Below, piece after piece: positions 56,677-64,000 of a DNA stretch of 64,000 nucleotides. The position numbers and the translations under genes are program-made. Positions within the stretch are counted from its first letter, which is position 1, and each line of letters opens with the position of its first letter. Under the pieces are notes generated by a model that worked only from the letters and a program-made list of their open reading frames with translations, made no database searches and was not told the origin of the DNA. This DNA is from an uncultured Planctomycetia bacterium (GTDB lineage Bacteria; Planctomycetota; Planctomycetia; Pirellulales; PALSA-1355): contig CAVOTX010000009.1 in the NCBI GenBank assembly GCA_963699445.1, forward strand, positions 208,735-272,734. Reading direction: 5' to 3'.

Positions 56677-59600
56677 ATGGAAACGCGCCGCAAGAACCGT
56701 TGCCCTGTTCGCTTGTCGCGGCGGCGCTGGGTGTGCGCGCTATTGTGCACGGCTCTGGCCTTAGGCGCCGGATCAGCCGGGCGGCCGAGGCTCCGCTGGA
56801 GCCGGTCGTCGTCGGCGATCCCGAGCGGGTTGAAGTCTTTCCTGAAAGTTTCCGGCTGGAGAACTCGCGGCGGCGGCTGCAACTGGTCGTGACTGGCCAT
56901 TACGCCGATGGCAGGCGCAAGACCTGACGCGGGCCGCGACATTCACGTCGAGCGATCCACGGATCCTGGCCTTGTCCGGCGGCCTTGCATCCCCCGTGGC
57001 CGATGGCGCCGCCCGGATGATCGCCAGAGTCGGCCGACATCGGCTCGAGGTGCCCGTGACGGTGACCGGCCAGCAGACGGTTGCCCGCGAGCCGCTTCGC
57101 TACGGGGCGATGGTGGCCTTGACCAAGCAAGGCTGCAACGCCGGCGCGTGTCACGGCTCGCCGGCGGGCAAAGGCGGCTTCCGCCTGTCGCTGTTGGGCT
57201 ACGATCCGGCGCTCGACGAGTTGACGCTGGTCCGCGAGGGCTTTGGTCGCCGCACGAATCCATTCCAGCCGGAGCAAAGCCTGTTGCTGGCCAAGCCGCT
57301 GCTGAAAGTTTCGCACGGCGGCGGCAGGCGGTTGCGAACCGAGGATCCGGCGTATGAAGTCCTGTACGACTGGATCGCCGGCGGTTGCCAGAGCGATCCG
57401 GCCGACGCACCGGTTTGCCGCAAGATCGAGGTTTACCCGCCAGAGCGGACCGTGCATTGGCCGGCGCATACGCAGCAGCTTTCGGTCATGGCACATTTTT
57501 CCGACGGCTCGGTGCGCGACGTCACTCGTCTGGCGGTCTACACCAGTTCGGCCGGCGGCGTGGCCGGCGTCACGCCCGGGGGCCTGGTCGTGGCCCGCGA
57601 TCGGGGCGAAACCGTGATCGTGGTCCGCTACCTGGAAGAACTGTCCACGGCGGCGTTGACGTTCTTGCGCGACGTCGAGGGATTCCGCTGGACGGATCCG
57701 CCACAGCAAAACTACATCGACGCGCTGGTCGACGAAAAGCTCAAGCTGCTGCAAATCGAGCCGTCGCCCTTGTGTACTGATGGCCAGTTCATCCGCCGCG
57801 TCCATTTGGACGTGATCGGCGTTTTGCCCACGCCGCAGGAGGTCGAAGCGTTTCTGGCCGATCCGTCCGCCGACAAACGCGGCCGGTTGATTGATCGCCT
57901 GCTCGAGCGGCCGGAATTTGCCGAGTTTTGGGCGCTCAAGTGGGCCGACCTGCTGCGCGTCAAAGCGAGCAAGATCACCGCGCCCGGAGTACACAAATTC
58001 CATCGCTGGCTGGTCCAGGCCATGCGCGACAACATGCCCTACGACCAGTTTGCCGCCGCGCTGCTGACGGCCGAGGGGAGCACCTTCGACAATCCGGCCG
58101 CCAATTACTATCGGGCCGGCGCAACGGCCACCGACTGCGCCGAGAATGCCTCGCAGTTGTTCCTGGGCATTCGCATCCAGTGCGCCCGCTGTCATAACCA
58201 TCCGTACGATCGCTGGTCGCAGGACAACTATTACGGCATCAGCGCCTGTTCGGCCGCGTCGAGCGCAAGGAAACCAACGTGGCCGACGAAATGCTCATCT
58301 GGGTGGCCCAGGCCGGCGAAACCATTCAGCCGCACACCAAGAAACCGGTCCGCCCCTGGCTGCCGCTGGCCGGCGACGTCGACGTTCCGCCCGGCGAGGA
58401 CCCCCGCCGCGTGCTGTCCGACTGGCTCGCCGCTCCCGGCAATCCGCTGTTCGCCAAAGTGGGTGTCAATCGCATCTGGGGACACCTGCTGGGCCGGGGC
58501 CTCGTCGATCCGGTGGATGACTTCCGCGAGTCGAACCCCCCTTCGATTCCCAAGCTGCTCGAGGCGCTGGCCGACGACTTCGTCGCGCAGGGCTTCGATC
58601 AGCGGCATGTCATTCGCACGATTCTCGCCAGTCGGACCTACCAACTGGGCAGCCAGGCCACCCCGCTCAATCGCGCGGACCAGCGCGACTTTTCCCATGC
58701 CCGTTCCAGGCTCCTCTCGGCCGAGCAATTGCTCGATGCGGTGTGCACGGTCACCGGCGTGGCGGAAAAATATCCGGGCCTGCCGCCCGGCACGCGCGCC
58801 GCGCAGCTCCCCGGGCCGGATTCGAGCACCGATTTTCTCAAAGTTTTCGGCCAGCCCGGCCGCGAGTCGGTCTGCGAGTGCGAACGCTCGACGACGCCCA
58901 AGTTGGCCCAAGCTTTGCAATTGATCAACGGACCGCTGGTGGCCCAGAAGCTGGCCGACCGACGGGGGCGGCTGGCCCGGCAGCTTGCCGACGGCGCGGA
59001 TCGCCGGCAACTGGCTGGCGACCCACCGGCTGCCGGACTCATCCTCTGGCTGGCCGCCGACCGCGGGGCCCTGAATGCCCGGCAGGCTGCGGCCGAAGAC
59101 GGTCAGCCGATTGCCGCCTGGCGCGACCAAAGCGGGGCCCATCGCGATTGCCAGCAAACCGACGTTAACCGCCAGCCGGTTTTCGTTGCGGACGCTGTCG
59201 GCGGCCTGCCCGCTTTGCGATTCGACGGCACGGACGATTGGCTCGACAATACCGCCACGGATTTGCTGCCCACGGGCGCCCCGCGCACGGTGCTGCTGGT
59301 GGCCAAGGCCAACCCGGCCGGCAGCGGCGGCGTGGTCTTCGCGTTCCGCCGCTCGACGGCCGGCGGGACGACCGTCTTCGCCGTCGAGCACTGCGTCGTG
59401 GCCGGCCGAAATTACGTCTATTCCGACGGAGTCAACTCGGCCGGCAACGCCTCGATTCCTCTGGCCGCCGAGCAGACCGTCCGCCAGCCGTTCGTCAGCG
59501 CATTCGTTTCGGCCGGTGCGGGCGAAAAGTTGGCCGTGCATCTCAATGGCGAACCGGTCGCGGTCGAGCAGCCCGGCGCCGTTGGCAGCGATAACGGGGC

Positions 59601-59971
59601 AACCGGCTTCAGCGTTGGCAACCGCGAAGACGTTGCCGGCTACGGCTGGAATGGCGAATTGTGTGAAGTGCTGGTGTACGAAGGCGTGTTGTCGCCCGAG
59701 CAGCTTGCGGCCGCCGGCTCGTACTTGTCGACCAAGTACGATCTGCAGACGAAGTACCCTGCGCCGAAGCCCGCGCGCCGCGGCCGACTCCGGCAAGAGC
59801 GACCGGCAAATCGTCCGCGAGTGGTATCTGGCGGCCCTGGCCCGCTTGCCGGACGAAGAGGAACTGGCCGCGGTCGAGCGGCACATCGCGCTGCTGAGCG
59901 ACCGTCGCGCGGGTCTCACGGATTTTTGCTGGGCCCTGCTCAACTCCAAGGAATTCGTGTTTCAGCATTGA
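56677..59971 (+). CDS. DUF1549/DUF1553 (PSD1/PSCyt) protein with an Ig-like domain and an inserted LamG-like domain (frameshifted)
   Basis: GCNAGACHG, FIRRVHLD, CARCHNHP, VNRIWGHLLGRGLVDPVDD, CECER and WALLNSKEFVFQH motifs. Confidence 0.9.
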
Positions 59972-60003
59972 CGGCTGATGTTCTCATTTTCACCAGGAGG
60001 GGG

Positions 60004-61369
60004 ATGATGGTACGTGTCATCGGCTGTCTTGCGGCTCTGGCAATCCTCTGCGGACCGTCGCTGGCCGCGGGGCCGGTCGGCTGGCGGGGCGACACTTCCG
60101 GTCGCTTCGAGGTGGCCGATCCGCCCACCCAGTGGTCGGCCACCGAGCACGTCGTCTGGAAGACGAAGCTGCCGGCCCACAGCAACGGCTCGCCGGTGGT
60201 CGTGGGTGGCCGGGTGTTCGTCACGGCCGAGCCGACGTCGATCGTCTGTCTCGATGCGGCCGATGGCTCGATCCTGTGGCAAGCCGCCAGCGGCTTCGAC
60301 AAGGTGCTTTCGGCAGCCGAGCTGGAAGTCGCCAATCGCGATCTGGACCAGGCCAAGGCAATCCGCAAGCAGGTCGACGCACTGCACAAGGAGCTCGAAG
60401 CGGTCGAAAAGCAACTGCGCGAAGACGCCGATAACCAGGCCTTGAAAAACGAGCGCAATGCGCTCGAAGACGCGCATCCGCCAGCGACAGGACGACGCCA
60501 GGCCGCTGGAGAAATTCCGCATTCCGGAAAAGTCGGCCGGCTGCACCACGCCCACGCCCGTGAGCGACGGCCGGCACGTGTTTGCCTTGTTCGGCACGGG
60601 CATCGCCGCCTGCTACGATCTGGACGGCCGCGCAGCGTGGATCAAGCGGTTCGAAGCGGCCGACTCGGATTGGGGGCACACGGCCTCGCCGCTGCTGGCC
60701 GGCGGGCGGTTGATCGCGCACTTCGGCGAGCTGGCGGCGATCGACTGCGATTCGGGCTCGACCGCCTGGACGCTCAAGCTGCCTCCGGCATACGGCTCGC
60801 CGGTGCTTGCGCGGGTCGAGAGCCAGGATTTACTCGTCACGGCGGGGGCCAACATCGTGCGACTGGCCGACGGCAAGCTGCTGGCCGAAAAGTTCACCAA
60901 ACCGCTCGATCGCTCGTCGCCGATCGTCGAAGGCAACGTGGCTTTCTTCGTGCAGTCGCACGCCCGGGCGTTTCGGCTCTCGGCCCAGGCCGACGCGGTG
61001 CCGGCCGAGCTGTTGTGGGAAACCAATTTGGCCAACGAGAATTATTTTGCCTCGCCGCTGGTTCGCGATGGGCTCTTGTACACGGTTTCGGAAAATCGGG
61101 TGCTGACCGTGGTGGATGCGGCCAGTGGCGAGCACGTGTACGAGGAGCGGCTGCGGTTCAAGTCGCGCGGGGCGGTTGTGTCGAGCCTGGTGGCCGCCGG
61201 CCCGTATGTCTATATCACCAACGAGGCGGGCGCCACCAAGGTGATCCGCGCAGGCCGGGAGTACCAGGAGGTGGCCGAAAACACGTTGCAACATCTGCGC
61301 AGCAGCCTGGCCCTGGCCGGGAAGCGGCTGTATGCGCGCACGATGGATTTTTTGTATTGCATCGAGTGA
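60004..61369 (+). CDS. PQQ-binding-like beta-propeller (BamB-like) secreted protein (frameshift near 60472)
   Basis: WRG, VVWKTKLP, SPVV, CLDAADGSILWQ, TPTPVSDG and YFASPLV motifs; coiled-coil insert. Confidence 0.88.
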
Positions 61370-61429
61370 GGGCGCGTGTCATCAATTCACGTCGGGTCCT
61401 CGCTCGTCTCACCGGCCGGACGCTCCAAA

Positions 61430-61466
61430 ACCCCTCTCCCTCCAGGGAGAGGTTAGGGTGAGGGTC
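61430..61466 (-). repeat. Core-only copy of the REP-like repeat
   Basis: ACCCCTCTCCCTCCAGGGAGAGGTTAGGGTGAGGGTC, lying between convergent genes. Confidence 0.8.
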
Positions 61467-61477
61467 CGCCGGATTTT

Positions 61478-63461
61478 TTATCGCTCCGCCGTCGTTGACG
61501 AGTTTTGCGTCATCCCGAGAAAACGTGCGGCCGGACTCTCCGCGACTAGCGCCTCCGGCGCAATGGCCGGGTAGACCAGCGGCGGCGTCTTGCCTTCCAG
61601 CACGGCGATGCTGTGACGCGCGGCCCGGGCATATTGCCCTGCCGGGCCGGGCTCCGGGCTGTCCGTTTCGGCCGTCTGCTTCAAGACCGGCAACAGGCTC
61701 AACGCCCGCTGGCCGAGCCGGTCGACCACGTTGGCCGCTTGCAGTCTGAATGCCGGCGATGCGGGCTGCTGCAACCAGTGACCTAAGACCGGCAAAGCCG
61801 GCTCGTCCTTGCCGAGCGCGGCGAGTGCCTCGGCGGCGGCCACTTGCACGGCGCCCGACTCGTCGTCCAGCCGCCCGCGAAGCGATTTTTCGGCCGTCGC
61901 CGCTCGGGCGGCCAGCATCGTGCAGCCCTGGGCGGCCCACCAGCGGATCGGCTCGCACGGGTCGTCCAAGGCGTCGACGAGCTTGGGCAGGTTGGCCGGG
62001 TCTCGATCGGACGCCAGGCGGGCCATTTCGAGCACGCGCTCGATCGGATAGGCGCCCGGCCGGCGCGAAGCTTCGAAGCCCTCGAGCGGCGACCCTTCGG
62101 GAATAAAACCGTTGTCTTGGATTGCCAACACGCGCTCGCCGAGTGCGGCCCGCATCGTCGACAGCGCCGTTCGCTGGGCCGGATCGGCCGCCAGATTGGT
62201 CACGTTGTCCGGGTCGGCGTCCATGTCGTACAGCTCTTCGACCGGTTTGGGACCCCAGAATTGCGCAGTGGCAGCCGTCAACTTGCCCTCGGCGGCCGCC
62301 ACAGCCCAGGACTGGTAGCCCCGGGCCGTGAACATATAGGTCAGCGGCTGCACGTAGGCCAGATCGGGCCGGAAGTTGCGAATGTACAGCCAGCGGCTGT
62401 CCATCACCGAACGCATCATGTCGTAGCGCTCGTCCATCCGGTCGCGCGTGCAGTAGACGTAGGCATTGGGCCGGGCTTTGGCCGGGCCGGCGAACGGGCC
62501 GCCTTGCATGTACTTGGGAATGTCCAGGCCCAGCAGCGACAGCACCGTCGGCGCAAAATCGACGAAGCTGATCGGGTCCTTGCTGCGCGAGCCAGGGATG
62601 GCCGGCGCCAGGTGCCGCCATTTGGGCGGGAAATACACGATCAGCGGCACATTCGTGCCGCTGCGCTCGAGCCACGCTTGCTCCGCGGCAACACGCCCCC
62701 GTTGTCGGAGTAATAGAAGACGATCGTATTCTCGGCCAGACGGTCCTGGTCCAGCTCCTTCAGCCGGGCCGCGATCTGGCCGTCGAGCAGCGCGATGTGG
62801 CGGTAATACCGAACCCAGTCGGCGCGGATTTCCGGCGTGTCGGGCTGGTACGCCGGAATGCGAATCCGCGCTGCATCGATCGGCGCTGCATCGATCGGCT
62901 GGGCGGGGGCCCGATCTTCGGCTGGAAACAAAACGCTCTCGTGCGTGACCTCATGATTGAACACGCTGAAGAACGGTTGTCCCGGGTCGGCCCGTTTCGC
63001 CAGTGGGACGAGGGACTCGATTCGTCCCAGATCTCGGCCAGCTTCAGCGGGGCGTTGTAGTCGGTCTTGGCATTGTTCGACGTGTAGTAGCCCGCCTTGC
63101 GCAGCAGGGCCGGAAATCCTGTCAGCCAGGGCGGAATTTTTCCCTCGGCCCGCATGTGGTTGGCCGGCCCGCAACTGGCGGCGTACATGCCGGTGATCAA
63201 CGTAAAGCGGGACGGAGCGCAAACCGGCTGGGCAAAGCAGCGCTCGTACAGCACCCCCTGGGCCGCCAGTCGATCGATAGTCGGCGTCCGCGCGAGCGAG
63301 TCGCCGTAGCAGCCCAGCAGCGGATCGTTGTCCTCGCTCACCAGCCACAAGATGTTCGGCCGCTCGGCCCGTTTTGCGGTTTCGGCCGCCGATGACGAGC
63401 GGGCCGCAGCCAGTGCCACCAGCAGCAGGCCGACCCGTTGCAGCAGTGCATGTTGATTCAT
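61478..63461 (-). CDS. Formylglycine-dependent sulfatase with C-terminal HEAT-like repeats (frameshifted)
   Basis: RPNILWLVSED, CAPSR (CxPxR), LRKAGYYT, YYSDNG and RDRMDERYD motifs. Confidence 0.93.
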
Positions 63462-63543
63462 AAGACCCTTGAACCGAGATTCCCTCAGCCGGCTTGATCC
63501 TGGCGCCGATCCGACTTGGGCAGCAAGCGATTTTAACCACTCC

Positions 63544-63644
63544 TGCGCGAACGAGAAGCAGCTTCGGCGCTCGACTCTTCTGGCCTGCAGGGAGAGGGCC
63601 GGGTCAACGTCTGCCCGAAGCCGAGTCACTTTTCGTGCGCCTCC
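63544..63644 (-). repeat. ~100-bp MITE-like repeat, degenerate copy 5
   Basis: GAACGAGAAGCAGCTTCGGCGCTCGAC...GCAGGGAGAGGG...AAGCCGAGTCACTTTTCGTGCG. Confidence 0.75.
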
Positions 63645-63781
63645 ACAGCGCCGGCCCTCCTGGGCCTGGTAGCGGGTGAGCGTCTTGGAGCGGACGAGCT
63701 GTTTGGCGAGCTCCTGCGCGTCTTTAGGCGCGGCCTTGGGCGGCTGCAATGCGCGTGACATTTGCCCAAGGCATCCCCGCA

Positions 63782-63818
63782 AACCCTCGCCCTCCAGGGA
63801 GAGGGTAGGGTGAGGGTC
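63782..63818 (-). repeat. Core-only copy of the REP-like repeat
   Basis: ACCCTCGCCCTCCAGGGAGAGGGTAGGGTGAGGGTC. Confidence 0.8.
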
Positions 63819-64000
63819 TTTCCTGTCGCAGGCTGAGGGTCTTCGTGTGCCGGGTAATGGTCCGCCCGAATGCCGGTCGGCTCGATGTTTATTTGGAGGG
63901 TACAACAACAAACGTACCGGGGTTGCGTCCAACAATAGGCCGATTGTTGGAAGCCCCGGCGCCGTAGTGCCGTGATTTCTCGATCCGTGCATGGTGGCGT

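Noticed and set aside
58279-61461. 1060-aa ORF fusing DUF1553 to the PQQ-like protein
   Set aside because: It passes through out-of-frame segments. The DUF1553 C-terminus ends at 59971 in another frame, and the PQQ gene has its own RBS and signal peptide.

Overview
GC-rich bacterial DNA, almost certainly from a Planctomycete (Pirellulales-like). This assignment rests on the DUF1501/DUF1549-1553 cluster, the 'FSLR' membrane proteins and the flagellar gene order. 1-30.4 kb holds a large flagellar cluster: kinase and sigma54 activator, flgBC, fliEFGHIJ, fliK, flgDE, flbD, motAB, fliLNOPQR, flhB, flhA, flhF, flhG and fliA. An antisense sulfotransferase/thioredoxin pair interrupts it. 30.5-45.6 kb is mostly housekeeping: MFS, SIS/ROK, dapB, thrC, rpmF-fabD-fabG-acpP-fabF, a secretin-like gene and a second, catalytically altered KAS. 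tRNA-Asp(GTC) at 45.75 kb is followed by an accessory region. It contains a ~0.9 kb integrase-less mini-island bounded by a 16-bp duplication of the tRNA 3' end, an ArsR-SRPBCC-DUF899 operon, a globin-PAS kinase with an ANTAR regulator, a DUF1501-PPC-DUF1549/1553-PQQ cluster and a sulfatase. A ~100-bp MITE-like repeat occurs five times, plus two core-only copies, and three copies begin exactly at a TAA stop codon. Many genes, including essential ones, are split by single-base indels. These are most likely long-read assembly errors, so gene boundaries are approximate and pseudogene calls are unsafe. All product calls come from motif recognition by eye; no database searches were run.
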